From the NCBI GenBank assembly GCA_040437565.1, contig JBDOQK010000021.1:186001-250000 (forward strand): a DNA stretch of 64,000 bases, in the 5' to 3' direction. The notes beneath the pieces are model-generated. The model was not told where the DNA came from and made no database searches. It saw only the letters and a program-made list of their open reading frames with translations. Origin of the DNA: Albugo candida. Taxonomy: Eukaryota. Below, piece by piece: positions 23,853-37,727 of this stretch. How positions within the stretch are numbered: the stretch's first letter is position 1; each line of letters begins with the position of its first letter. Both the position numbers and the translations under genes were made by a program.

Positions 23853-25839
23853 TCTTTCCCGTTCGGCTCCAGCTGGTACAATACTATCTTCTTCATAAAC
23901 ATGTTCCAGTGCAAATCCAGCTCATTTGCTGGCAGTGGAGGGAACTGCAACGCTATGAATTTCGTCCTGAAACTCGAATTCCTGGGATAATGTAAGAACG
24001 CTAATTGTAGGACCCCAATTAATTAAGTAACCCAAAGCATTTCCATTTATATCATCTTGATCGTTACTTAACGGAGAGGGCACGGTAGATATCGATTCGA
24101 AGAATCGATAGATACTGCGTCCAAGCCATGTCCAAAGCTGGCGGTATATGGCTCTCATCTACTGTGATACACCAAACAAGCGTTCCATCGATCAAATCAA
24201 TTCTCACTTTTTTTCTGTTACTCAGAAAAACGAACAAAAAGCGATCCCTTTTGATTACTCCCCAACTCAACTTCAACCTTTACGACCGACATGACTGTAA
24301 TCCACGTAACCATTCCATAATGGTCAAAACTCATTGGTTGACTCGGTTGAAGACGTTGTGTCCCGTTATGATAGGTAGCCCATACGCAAGGGTAGGTCTC
24401 GTCCTGATAGCAGGCCTGTGGACAGGAGAGCTGGGTTGAGGATGTTCTATGCTGTCACGGATGCTCACCAATAAACAAGATCATATCGATAGACGAGACA
24501 TCCATTACATCCTTCATGTTCAGTGCTTACAGTAGATGCGCGTCAAGTGACACATGCATACACTTCCTGCAGAAAGTAGACGTTATGCACTTGTTGCAAT
24601 AGAGGTAGAAGTAAAGCTAAAATATGCTCAGCGTCAACCCTGTTTGTCAACACTACAACATGTATGTTCGAACGGCACTACAACCTGACCATGTCGAGTT
24701 GCATCTGGCGTCAGCTGATTCCTCCATCATCTTACGATGGTCCCACGTGGCGACCGTCTCTCCCCGTCCCATCTGTGATGTTGCCACCAAATAGCTCATA
24801 AGGTGAGGTCGGACTTTACCTGTAATGAGTCTTGCAGTTGATACTCAGACGCTTGAGGACCTATCAAAACTTTTCTTATAACATTTTCACTGAGCGCACT
24901 TGTATTGCAGCAATCACCAACCATAGCATGGTGGCTGAAGGATTTATTATAAAGAGGGCAGCAATACGGGTTTATTTCCGTTCACATGAATACACATAAT
25001 CTGATGGCTGGACAACGCTGGTGCACACAAAAATGGAACCACACGGAATCTCGTCACATTTTTCAGAGCAGCATACAGCACACCAATTGTACTGATAAAG
25101 AAGGTAGTTGAATGACTAGATAAACAGTGTAATGAAGTCCTCGAAACAGTACACCAATTGTGTTGAGTATTAGTCATGGCACCCGTCGGTGACAGCAATT
25201 GCTGGTTCGACAATCCTAATCAGTCTTTTCTGTGTGTTCAATATCTAGAATAGCAGCTTGTGATCAGCAAAAGAACTGCCACTTCCAACCATTAGATCAT
25301 TTCTGTTTGTGATGATGCATCTCATCCATCAAAATTCTGCATCGCCTCTGGCCAATACCGACTTGTGGATACAGTATTCAACACATTGTCTCAAAAATCC
25401 GACCTTCCTCTGCGACTTTTATAGCTCTTTACGACGAAATCACCACATTTTACAAGCAGTGTTTCAACCGCATATTGCCTTCAGGAGGCTCGTCTCTTTC
25501 ATATACGTAAATGTATATTTTACTTCAGTACAACTAATGCCTGTATTTGAGACCATATTAAGCAACATTTTGTGAAGTAGTTGACGTCTTTGTGAATTGC
25601 TTTTGGCAAAAGAATAAGCAAATGACCGAATTAGAATAACAAGAGCGCGGTGTAGGGGTCATTAAAAAGAATGGCAGTGGCTCAATGTTTGCGAATCACA
25701 TTTACGCACAAAAAAAATGTATCACACGCCAACAAATGAGAAAATGTAATGACTCAATCGTTATATTATGCAAATTGCCAAGTTTTCTCGCGAAATAAGA
25801 TTTTTTCAGTCCAGATGGTTTGAGAACCTCGCTTTCTGG

Positions 25840-26282
25840 CTACATGTCGATGGGAAATGGATACTTGACCCACTCCGGATGACTCTTACATATTTCATCA
25901 TGCATCACCTTGGATACTCGCTCAAGATACTCACCCAGTTCCTTGTCAGAGGCCTTATCCTTATACCCGCTGAAGAATGGTGCGATTATCGACGCAATCT
26001 CGCGTTTCGGCAACTTCGGCAGCCAGACTCCAATTGGACGAGCATCGTTGACGTTGAATTGCATTGTAATTATGTCCATTATGGTTTTTTGGATTAAGAT
26101 CCCACATTTATCAGAAATAGCTTTTGAGGGGTCACAGTGCATCTGAACGAATTCCCCTGCAAGTGCCGAGATTGATTAGCACTTTTTGATGCTGTCGCTC
26201 AGAAGATGAACTTGATCCTTATTTATAAAATTCCGACCAAGTATGACACCGAGTATGTAAGGTACAATAGGAATAGAGACAT
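25840..26282 (-). pseudogene. Secreted 4-Cys family member B (divergent subfamily, disabled)
   Basis: ATG at 26282 gives MSLFLLYLTYSVSYLVGIL* (early stop). The downstream frame HCDPSKAISDKCGILIQK...FFSGYKDK...EYLERV matches the family. Family promoter motif at 26330-26395. Confidence 0.6.
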
Positions 26283-26739
26283 TACGGGGAATCAGAAGCG
26301 AATTAAGTTGTGTGAAACCAAATGCTCAAATCACTTTATATGGGGTGTAAGGTTGCGCATCCTTTGCATCCACATGTTTGATTCGTCATTTTGACACAGA
26401 TTACTTCACTATACGCGTAGGGGGGTAAGTAGTAATCTGACGTGGATCGTATCAAGGCCTACCAATATATATTTGTAGCTTTCCCTGCGAACGGATGTAC
26501 TAATCCGCCCCATGCTCGTTAACAACCTGCTCTTACGCCAAGTAAATAGTGTCTTTGGACTTGCATTGCTTCATTTCAGTTGACCAAATACTGGCCATCC
26601 AGTACTCGAACAATACGCTGCATTTTACATGCAGCACTAGCAAAGAATTTTGAGCTGATATCGACATCTTATTTGCTCCTTCGTCAACTATCACTTCATG
26701 AGAGCATTTACTTGAAGAACGACGCGATTATCTCGCTCA

Positions 26740-27850
26740 AATTTTGAGTCTAACAAAGCAGTGAACTCGTTAACTGGTCTGCTGCACTTTTGAAGAATCG
26801 TGTTACTATAATAAATGATCACCAGCACGTTAGTTCCATTATACAGTCTTTCGACATCGTTCTATCGTCTTCTTCTGCGTATTTTATTATCACCTAAACG
26901 GGAGCTGTGGTATCGAAAGCGAAATGATAGACCTCTTCGATACGTTTCAGCAAGAACCACAATTCCGGCCATAATGCGATATGCTACAATAAGTATTCGA
27001 CTAACAGACATAATGTGACATCTTATTCGATTTTTTAAGAGTTCAAGAGGCGATGTACTAAAGTGAGTAAGAGCTTCTTCAGAGAGAAATGAAATCAAGT
27101 GATGCCCATACTTATCGCGTAGATAATCGCTTCCACAGAAGTATTTCACTATTAGTGAGGCGAATTGCAACGAAGATGGACAAAAATGGTCATTCGATGT
27201 AGGAAATTGGGATATGTAGCATTCTTTTCGTATATCACGTGCTCATACTTGAAACAAATGACTACATTCTCGAGGTGCACGAGCACTTTTATCATAATAA
27301 TTTCTTTCTCGTTATTTTTGCCATTTATGGAGCAGCCGTGAAACACGCCTTGAATAGCATCAGCGAGTTGTACCTTATCCAATTTTATCGCCTCGTCTAT
27401 ATTGTTGGTCTTGAAAGCAACCTCAATTGTGAGCAAAAAAGCAGTCGAATACACGTCACGATATGCTTGATGTTTTTGCCCTCTGCAATGGTCACGAAAG
27501 TCCACTGTTCTTCATTTTATTCTGGGCATTGGCCTTCAATTGCGGTCTCCGCTTGAGAGTAGTTCACTTGAGATATTATGCTGCAAACGACCGCAATTGA
27601 AATAGTCAAAATAAGAGATCATGTACAGGGTTGTTGGTACTCAGGAGAATCAAGAACTGATCAAACTGATGCATTTAATATATCTTGGCATCCAGCTGAC
27701 ACTGCATCCCTAACAAAACTGTTCTTCTTATGTCGCTGATCAGGCATGTTCAAAACGAATGTGACGATTGTCGTATAAATTCTCGCACAGTAAACGTCAT
27801 GGTTCATGGCATGTAAAAGTGTACAATACTTCGTCATCTTGTTGACAAGC
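26740..27850. repeat. Segmental duplication paralogous to ~36570-37920 (genes C/F with flanks)
   Basis: Shared cgatacgtttcag.aagaa, cataatgcgatatgctacaat and cattcgatgtaggaaattggga, plus the promoter. Confidence 0.85.
27152..27622 (-). pseudogene. Secreted 4-Cys family member C (disabled)
   Basis: Deletion in the signal peptide relative to copy F, GQCPE* stop and a frameshift. Then DFRDHCRGQK...FKTNNIDEAIKLDKVQLADA...YPNFLHRMTIFVHLRCNSPH. Confidence 0.8.
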
Positions 27851-29693
27851 TACTACTCGGAAATAAGGGACAACCACTGGTCGCACCTCCCGACATAACA
27901 GACCCTCGATTGCATCCATGACCGCAGCACAAGCTACTCTCGAGATTCAGTGCTGTACTAGCTAGGGTTTACGAGTCTTGCAGCCACGTTCCACCATATA
28001 CGAGTTATGGTCATTATCTTAAAATCTCACGTCGGCGTAGTGACTTTTCTTCAAAGTAGACAGAAGAGCTGAGTTGAAGGAAGCAAAACTGACTCCAAGC
28101 CCTAAGAAAAGTCCATGCACGTCATTATAGACATGACTTTGGATATGCATATATGTGACAGAAGTACGTACAAAAAGCGGTCAGACTTTGGTATAGAGAA
28201 GGAATTGAAGACGCACAAACATAAGCTTTTCTTTTTTTTGGCCAAACAGATGCCACAAGTCTATGCTTTATGCTGTGGAACATAAATAGTTCTATGGAAA
28301 GGAGATAGAGATAATGGCACTTGATGATGAAAGAAACTGCTAGCTACGTAATCTAGGAGCCAATTGAGAGTGATAAAAGTGATATCATCTGTAAGGTGAT
28401 TTTTCGTACAAATCAGTATCTGGGACAACAAATCGGCCGAGACAAACAGAGCTCAATCAACGATGGCTCGGTAAATCACCAAGCTTTTCTACGAGAGGAA
28501 GGAAATCGAACGACAGAGAAAGAAGAAACGGTTTATCGTGTCGTTTGACTCGTGAAAAGAGGTGCGTTGAAATTACCAAAGCATATGAAAGTCGGAGACG
28601 GATATCCGGATCCTAACTTACCTGCCTGCACTGTGTGCTCAATGTCCGGGAAAGCAACGTTTGGTCAGCAAAGCCATTGTCAATCCCAACGAGATTTATA
28701 TCAGATCGTTGCTGTTTCTGTGGTTATATCTTAATCATTAGAGAAGCTGCATCGCCTCTGGTCAATACCGAGTTTACGGATACAGATTTCAAGACAGTAT
28801 GTCACCAGAAAAACATCGAGAAAGCTTTCTCTGCGATCCCCCATCCCTCCAAGATAAGGTCATTTCCTTTCAAAAGCAACACTTTGAACCCTGACTGCCT
28901 CCAGCAGACTCGGCTCTCTCACATACGAACCTGGCTACATGCTTGAGTACAACCAATGACTCTATCTGTAAACTGCATTTGACCGAATATTCCTATTGAT
29001 CGGATTCGAAAGACAAGAAAATCAAATGAGAACTTGAAATAGGGGTCAGTAAGCTATGTATCACTCTCAGGAGCCTTTAGAACATTAGGTCAGACTAATT
29101 TAGTCACAAATTGTTGGTATTGCCAAGAGAAAGAGCTTGTATTGTTCTACTTCTAGAGCAAGTGTGAAGAGTACTGGCATCGAATCTGGCAATGGAAGCG
29201 GTGATGGCCAAGCTGTTAGGAGGCTTCTCACTCAACCATCTGAAAGTGAAAACAGCTGCCTATATCGTCCTCAAAATGTCAGCGAGGATGCCGCAAAGTA
29301 GTACATCTACACTTCAGATTAGAAAAGACAAGAGACAAAAGCACAGAGAGTATCGCCAGATTAACGATTGTAATAAAGTGGAAGATCAATCTGTCCGTCT
29401 GTGATGACAAGACTGTCAACAGTACCTGGTTGAAAGCGTGCATATGAAATCTGGCAAGACATGATGTGGCTGACCACCTTCTCTGAAACACTCACATCCA
29501 AGAAGGGCTTCTGGAACATACGATACATCAGAATTTGGTGCTTATGCGATATATTACAATCGCAGATCGATTGACAGAGAGAAATGACTCTCGCGTTTTC
29601 ATGAGGTTAAAGGCATCGTTTTAACGAATAGGACGCCATTGAGAGAGAAATACACTCGATCATTTGATTTCTGTTAGACAAATCTCTTTACTT

Positions 29694-30181
29694 TCAATAA
29701 GGCGGGTCGCAATTATAATAGACAAATACAGCAAGTCGATTAAGGAAAATGGAATAGTTAGCACTCTGTCTGTGAAACACTTCATCGTACTTGAATAGAG
29801 TAACCGTATTCTCCAGAAATCGTACACCGTATTAAAATAGTCTTCTTTCTCGCTATCGTTTCCATCAATGGGATAGCGGTGGAACATGTTTTTAAACCAT
29901 CTGCGAGTTGTGCCATATTAAACGCTTCTTTTACGATGTTGGTGTTGAAAAGATTTCCATTATGAGCAGGAGAGAACCTCGATACACGCCAAGACACGAT
30001 CGAGTTCTCTTCCGTCCGCAATACTTACGAAAGATACGTTTTCTTCATTTCCTTCTGGGCAGAGACCATCAATTAAACTTCCCACTTGAGGAATATAAGT
30101 CTTGAGATGTTTTGCTTTAACGACTGCAATTGACATAGTCAAAAGACCGATAATGGCTGCAACAGACTTGGAAGAAATCAT
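29694..30181 (-). pseudogene. Secreted 4-Cys family member D (frameshifted paralogue of G)
   Basis: MISSKSVAAIIGLLTMSIAVVKA...GLCPEGNEE, then several frameshifts, ending IFLNRLAVFVYYNCDPPY*. Confidence 0.82.
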
Positions 30182-30184
30182 GGT

Positions 30185-30400
30185 ATAGTTGGTGGCTACT
30201 GGGAAGAATTAAGTTATGAATCGATGTGAGATTTCGCATCCTTTTACTTCCAGCTGGTGCTACGTCATTGATGCAAATGTTTCTCCTATATCACTTATGC
30301 GGGGCTGTTGAGAACGAATCTGATATATGAATTCTCACCCGATTATACGTTCTTTTTTGTTTGAAGATAACGTACCTTCTGCGTTATCTTATTGATAAGA
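30185..30400 (-). promoter_or_regulatory. Conserved upstream module of the secreted family (representative copy)
   Basis: Contains tacgtcatt (ATGACGTA on the gene strand), atgaattctcac and gtacc.t.ctgcgtca.ctt blocks. These recur upstream of A (2781-2872, inverted), C (27775-27840), E (34732-34797), F (37809-37920), G (42153-42285) and J (52080). Confidence 0.65.
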
Positions 30401-33400
30401 TGCGAGCACCATTTATACATCTAATAATATGCCATTAGGGGATTCTAGTCCCAACGATGGTGTATGGGCAACTGGCTTTTCGCTGTCGGTATTATCGATC
30501 CGGTCGAATCCAAGTGGGATTCCCGATCGAATGCAAACACGTGAAGATTATACCGATCGCGGGCAACCATTTGTCTTTTTAGCGATGAGTCACAAGTGGG
30601 TGCAGGAATCAACTTCTACATCAATGGGCCTATGCACGAAGCTACTTCGAGCCTTTGTAGAGCTTGTAGCGTCTGCGGACTCGAATACTATGGATACCAA
30701 GGACCGTAAAGTGTGAGAATACTTTGCGTGGAACTTCCGATTCCAACAAGATCGCAATCAATGATGAATTTATCGACATCGCGTTCATTCTTTTTCAAGA
30801 CTGAAAACGATCGTATCGGCGGTTACAGTACGACAATGCGAAAGTGTGCTTGTCAGCGCAAAAGGAAGCGCTGAATGTTTAGCTATGTCTACCGTTTACG
30901 TGACTTTAGATCAGGGAAGCGATACTGGTCATGGAAATGGCCCACTCACATATGCGTGTTTTATCTATTCGAAAGGCGATGAAGCCTCCCTCTTTAAGGC
31001 ATACTCTGGGCAGAAGTTTTCACACTATCTCGTCGAAACAGCGGAACACACAGAAGCACACGATCAGGTGCAGAACACGATCACACGATCATAGCAATCA
31101 TATACCGAACCAGTTTGCTGATCAATGCCGCAACGATCAGAAGAGCTACGCGCGAGAGTGTGTAACAGGTCGATAGGGCCAGACGTATTCTGTATTTCAA
31201 ATTCGAGGAAAATGAAAATTGCTCTTGCAGCGATTCTCCATACTTGTCTCAGCAGTCAAATCTGAACTCGAATGAATTTTATTCTTTGCAGGAGAATTCA
31301 CTCCTCCGTAGAGGTATGATCATACAATACATACAGAAAGCGCTCTTTTCACACAAAAATACTACGAAGATAAATCGAATCTCATGTTAATACCTTACAG
31401 CATGAAGTGACACTTAACTCTGATATTTCGTCAGCGAAATGTTCATACAGCCCTTAGGGTTAAAAGCATACTTTACTCCGTGTCTCAGGGTGAGGAAATG
31501 GTATCTTGGAGACATACTGGTTGCTGTAGGGTAGCATCTACCAAGCAAGCGTGGATGATCCAGTCTTGATTTTACGCGGGCAGAGTGTGATACCTTTTTT
31601 AGCGTATTGGAGTTTCGCCGATAAAAGCTACAATATGAGAGAACTCCTCGAGATAGATTGAACAATTCGCTATTCTATAGTCAGTCTGGTGTACTTGGGC
31701 TTTTAATATCTTTTCCAAGCAGAGAGCGGTCCATCCTTGAAGCATTGCAATTCGTGACTGACAACGCAAGTGATTCCACCGTCACTGACAGTATCGTGTC
31801 GTGTATATCGCGCTTTTTGAACCAACAAACGATTCTTGAAGATTGGCACGGAAGATATTGATCTTTCGATTCGTACGTCCTTGTCACCAGTCAATTTGTT
31901 TCATATACATCGAGTCAAAAGTAATATATTCTTCTGATCCTTTTTCACAAAATACTTTTTTATATCATTTCACAACGCGGATCGCAATATCCTCATCCCA
32001 ATAGATTCATGAAGACTTTGTGATCCCACCATGAAGCAGCTTTGATGGTTCATTTACAGCTATTTATCCGGCACACCGGCGTATGAGTACATTCTAGACG
32101 ATTGTGCTTCAATTGTTGTCATTGTCAACGCTCCTGGTGTCAGCATTAGTGATCAGTAAGCGCATACTTTGGACGAATCAGTCGGCTAGCTAGATAGCAG
32201 GCTGCTTCCAGTTAAATATGTGTAATTCTAGAATCATGATATCGTACTGCAGAGTCTCGATTTGCGATAGTGAAAAGACCGCGTACAGCAACTACAAAGT
32301 TGAAGCAGACCAATGATGAAGCTGCTGGGAACCGGGAAGCAAATTGAGTTGTGGAGCAACCTGTTGCGCTCAAATATTTATTTTTGGTACAGGGTAAAAA
32401 AATTTTACCCTCAAGTGGCCTTACATCATAATCAGCAAGATCCATACCTTCCAATTTCGTTTGTCGTTCCATGCGAAGAAGTGTACTTTTCTATGGCATA
32501 CTTTTTGGCAACAAACCAAAGAAAACTACTCCTCTTCATACGCCCTTTGTTGTATGTATAGCAGTCTGATAACATGGAAACAAATACACGTTGAAAATAA
32601 GGCTCATTTCCTCTATACCAATTTCTCGTCGTATACAGTAGGGCCATACTCTATTATTTTCTGCACGTTGAGAAGAAAATACTCGATAGAAACCCCAAGT
32701 CGGAGAACCTCGATTGGATGCAATCTAACCTTAGTAATCATGTAAGAAGTTGGAAGAAGAAAATCCTTCTAAAGTTCTGCCAAATCTAGTTGAAGCCGAA
32801 TGTGACCTATTCTGATGTTTATGCTCTTAGATAGCAGCCTCAAAGCGTGAGCAGTGTAGTAGAACGCTTTAATTCTGGAGGAACTACAAGTGGAACTTCC
32901 TGCAATCTTACGTAGATGTGGAAAGTGAATGCTCGGGTGTGCAAATATGTTCGTGAATTACGTACAGGAGCGTTTTTCTGGTCAATTCCAAGCTGAAAAC
33001 AATTTAAGATACCTTAGGCGAAACGCGTTTCAAGTGCTGCGGACGGTGCGAGGGGATGTAGTCAAAAGAGTTCGGTGGAGATCTCAGTCTTATGAATGGG
33101 TGTATGTGAACCAAATTGTTGAAATGATACTTCTAGGCGAGCCACTCCCAGAAAAGAATGACACATTCTATCACCACAAATGCTCAGGCATTTCCACGGG
33201 CTGTCTAATAGGTTTGCTACTGATTGCGTAGGTATATCTATGTTGAAGTAGGGACTGTATCGCAATAGTTGGACGCTGGAATCGTGGTCATTGAGAACGA
33301 TGTACTGCTTGATGATATTGATTACAGTACAAACCGTCTGATTTCATCATTCACAAGAACACTCGAATTATTTGTTAAATGATCTTATGCTGCCAATAGG

Positions 33401-34077
33401 TGTTTTGATCGACGATTAGCAGTATGGCTTCTGCATCCAGCGACCTATATGTAAATACGGTAGGACCTACGACGTGATCGTAGAATATTTTTGGATTGAA
33501 ACACTCCTTCAGTCATTATTGGAAGCTTTGACCTATATGAAGGCAACATGGAGCTGGTCTGTATTATGCATTGACATCGCTCAATACTAGATTACAACTC
33601 GTCGTCTGAAGGACCATAATCGTCTACCAAACGCAAGTTTTGAAAATCATGTTCAAGTATGTTGATGATCATTATCATCCGCTTACGATTCGATCTCAAG
33701 CTGCGCGAAAGAAATCTTTTCTCAGTGCATTCCCTCACTTTGGGGAAGCTGTGTCATCGTGTTATGATGTTTAAACCGTCACCTCTTCTGATATCGAGAG
33801 CGCCTTTCTTAGATTTTATCAATAGTTTTCAGGATTGACCGCAACTTCCAACAAATGCTCTTATCTTTGCGAAAACATTAGAAATAAACCTTGCGGTCAC
33901 AAGATCAGTCGCATAACTCTCGAGCATTGCCTTCCTTTAGTATACGTCTGATATAAGGAGTCAGATTTAAAATGAAGTTTTTACTATGAATCAAACGAGA
34001 GACTCGTTGTGAGAAAAGTGTAAATGTATTAACGCAAAGCTTATCCGACCACCCGTTGTTCGATATAAACCCTTCTG

Positions 34078-34590
34078 TTACCATTTTGGTTTCGGGCAAT
34101 TGTAAAGGAGAAAACGTGCAAGGTCATAAAAATCCTGGCCATAAGTCACTTTGTCGTTACCGAATAGTGTTTCAAAATCTCTTCGCATGGGTATTGCTTT
34201 GTTTATATAGCTCATACTATATCCAATAAGTGAAGCCTCGACAGGTGAGGAAGTTTTGAACATCGACTTCAATGCCTTTTCAAAATTTAGTGCGGTATAG
34301 CCTTCGATGCGGAGCATTTCGATCGTCTTATCTTTCAGGGAAAAGCGGAAGTACTCCAAAAGTACATCATTAAGGGATTTCTTGCGTCTTTCGTTGTTGC
34401 AGCCACTCTTTTTGCTTTGTTGAATGCAATCTCGCCGATACTCTTCTGTACCAGGATTGTGACACGAATCCGGTATAAATGTTGCCGAATCTTGAATCTC
34501 TCCAGTGGGAGAGGGTTCCCAGTAACCATATCGACTATTTGCAACAGTGATCAGACCAAAAAAGAGAACTGTGAAAGCGCAAGAGACCAT
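34078..34590 (-). CDS. Secreted 4-Cys family member E (intact, 170 aa)
   Basis: MVSCAFTVLFFGLITVANS signal; DSCHNPG..RRDC..SGC; C-terminal DFYDLARFLLYNCPKPKW. Confidence 0.8.
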   Translation of the reverse strand: MVSCAFTVLFFGLITVANSRYGYWEPSPTGEIQDSATFIPDSCHNPGTEEYRRDCIQQSKKSGCNNERRKKSLNDVLLEYFRFSLKDKTIEMLRIEGYTALNFEKALKSMFKTSSPVEASLIGYSMSYINKAIPMRRDFETLFGNDKVTYGQDFYDLARFLLYNCPKPKW

Positions 34591-36836
34591 GTGTAATATT
34601 GTTGAGCACTGGGGAGCCAGAAGCAAAATGAACTATGAATCAAATTGATGCGTTTACATCACTTTGGCATATGGTGCCAGCTGCTGTGACGCTTGTTCTG
34701 GCCTGTTCAGAACGAATGGGACACTTGTCAGATGAATTCTCACATAAGTATACGTCATGGTTCTTGATATGAAATAATATACCATTCTGCGTCACCTTCT
34801 TCATATGCTTTCAAGCCTCTACTAATCGCAGAGAAAATGTTTTTTATCACCTCATTACGTAATTCTTCTTCCAAAGTGAAACGCCTTATGGTGGTGCGCT
34901 TCTAATTCGATTCCACACGATGGTATGCGGTCGGCTGGTGAGAACTTGACTTTGAGCTGAAAAGTCAAGTTCATAAGTACGTAGCGGTGACATTGAATGT
35001 ATTTCTTTTACGTCAGACTTCGCGTGTTACCATCGAACCGGTCAAATTGAAGTGCCAAGATCTGATGCGAGAACTCAGACAATCATAAAATATAGTGATT
35101 GTGAACGACCATTTGTCATTGTATGGATGGAGCCGCGTGGATGCAAGAATCAAGTTTGTTATCTATGCGCTTATGCGTGAACGAAGCTGATCGGAGACTT
35201 TTTAATCCGCCTGGTGCTCGACCTATTGGATACTGTGCATACAAAGTGCGCGAAAAAGATTTCGTGAAGCGTTTTAGCCTTGATAAGATTGCACTCATTT
35301 TTCGACTTGCATCCATTCTATATTAAGACTGGACACGATCGTATCGGTGACCACAGTACGACAATTCCAAGTGCACGTGGCAGAGCAAAAGGTAACTCTA
35401 AAAGTCCATCTATGCCTACCGTTTACGTGACTTTAGACCTGGGAAGAGATATATATTGAAGGAAATGATTACGCTCACATACATCTGTCTTGGCTACTTG
35501 GAAGGTGATGAGGCTTCACTTTTCACTGAAGCTGAGATAGACATAGGCTTACCCCAATTCTTTCAAGAAAACGCTGTGAAGTGCTTACATTCCTTATCAC
35601 TGCTTCCTTCTCTAAAAAAACATTTCTCTGACGTTTCCGTGAGCATGTCAAATCAGACGCTGGACACGGATGGTTATAGAAAAGCGTTATCAAGAATCTC
35701 TGATGATCAAATGCCACAAGGACCCGAGATTACAATGGAGCACGAAGACTATAACTAAGCTCTAAGGAGAAGACTCACTATCGCCGACCTTTTTGTGTGC
35801 TGAAAGGTACACGTGCTTTGGTCTGGCCGTATCTAGAAGATGTGATTGAATCAACCAACAGCAGCTGAAGGAGCGAGCGCAAGTTTTTAAAAATGACCAA
35901 ATATTTTGGTTGGAAAAGTGAAGGTTTGATATTTGCAGAGTGTGTGGGATATCTATCTTTCAAGCACGACATGAAGCTCTAAGGATTTTCAAGACAGCAA
36001 TTTTGCTGTGTGAACTCGCGTTTTTGGGCACTTCTTGACGTGATGAGATCACATGTCTTTAATCCTACCTACTGGATGGTATTTGTACATCCTAAAACCA
36101 CATCTGCCATGTCGGTGCTTCTTTGTGGATTTCCGGAGGGGTCATATGCGAAAGATGACGCGTCATGCGTCCGAATGGAGGTGCGGGCTGGTGTTATGCT
36201 CACAGATGAAGACTGCGCGCTGACTGTGCTACGTCATGTGTTTGTGTTAGGGAATACTATCGTATGATCTTTTTGCTTATTGGATAACGGCTGCTGGGTA
36301 GACGAATTGCTATTTTTCGACTGTAATGTGTGTAACTCGCACTCTAATTGTTCAATTCTTTCTTTTTTCGCGTTTGAGAGATCGATCAATGAACAGAAAA
36401 CGTGGTTTTCTAATTTTGTGTCAATTGCGGCTTTTACTGTCACATCTTTGGTCAGAATGACACGTTTTCGTTCTTCTGCAACGTGTTCCAATTACAGTTA
36501 TAGAAAAAAAATTTGGTAAGGATTGAAAGCCTAATCATACTCGGAGATAGCTGGATTTCCGCGGAATCTGTCAAAGCAGTTTTACTGGTCTTTTGCATTT
36601 TTGAAGAAATCGTGTTGCTATACTAGAATTACCGCCAGTGAGTTAGTTCCATCACACAAGCTTTCGACATTCGCTCTGTCGTCTTCTTTGCGTTATCATC
36701 GTCACCACTACAGAGGATATGATCTCGAAAGCGAAATGAATCGATCTGATCGATACGTTTCAGTAAGAATCACAAGTCCGGGCATAATGCGATATGCTAC
36801 AATTCGTATTCTGCTAACAAACATAAAGAGACATCT

Positions 36837-37727
36837 TACTCAAACACAGTCATTCGATGTAGGAAATTGGGATTTGAAGAATTCTTTCAGTATATCATGT
36901 AATCATACTTGAACAAAGTGACTGAATTCTCGAGGTTTACACGAGCACTTTATCATAATTATTTCTTTCTCGTTAATTACCATTTATGAGGCAGCCGTGA
37001 AACACGCTTTTAACAGCATCAGCGAGTTGTATCTTCTCCATTTCGATCGCTTCATTTACGGTATTGGTCTTTCAAATATTTGTAATTATGCAGAAGAGAA
37101 GCTCGATACACGTCAAGACACGATTGACTTTTCAGATGTCTGCAATACTGACGAAAAGTACGTTCCCCTTCATTTTCTACTGGTCAGCGACCTCCAGTTG
37201 GAGTTCCCACTTGGAGAGTATTGGTCGTGGNNNNNNNNNNNNNNNNNNNNNNNNNNNNNNNNNNNNNNNNNNNNNNNNNNNNNNNNNNNNNNNNNNNNNN
37301 NNNNNNNNNNNNNNNNNNNNNNNNNNNNNNTGAACAAAGTGACTGAATTCTCGAGGTTTACACGAGCACTTTATCATAATTATTTCTTTCTCGTTAATTA
37401 CCATTTATGAGGCAGCCGTGAAACACGCTTTTAACAGCATCAGCGAGTTGTATCTTCTCCATTTCGATCGCTTCATTTACGGTATTGGTCTTTCAAATAT
37501 TTGTAATTATGCAGAAGAGAAGCTCGATACACGTCAAGACACGATTGACTTTTCAGATGTCTGCAATACTGACGAAAAGTACGTTCCCCTTCATTTTCTA
37601 CTGGTCAGCGACCTCCAGTTGGAGTTCCCACTTGGAGAGTATTGGTCGTGGGATAATTTTCTGCATCGACTGCACTTGAGATAGTCAAAATACCGATAAT
37701 GGCTGCAACAACGTTGCAAGAGATCAC
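36837..37727 (-). pseudogene. Secreted 4-Cys family member F (disabled; spans a gap with duplicated sequence)
   Basis: Start codon is GTG instead of ATG, and the first conserved Cys codon is TGA (GGR*PVENEGERTFRQYCR). Frameshifts follow. C-terminal PNFLHRMTVFE*. Confidence 0.8.

Larger units (their letters stand above)
27880..30920. repeat. Segmental duplication paralogous to ~38840-42800
   Basis: Colinear similar blocks, e.g. gccacgttccaccata, cagtatctggg, caaagcca.tg.caat, gatgccgcaaag.agtacatctacactt, gene D versus G, and cggcggt.acagtacgacaatg. Confidence 0.85.

Noticed and set aside
34078-34590. Assignment of the secreted family to CCG/CHxC or RXLR effectors
   Set aside because: There is no CxxCxxxxxG or RXLR-dEER motif after the signal peptide in any intact member; 'SCHN' in E is not CHxC.
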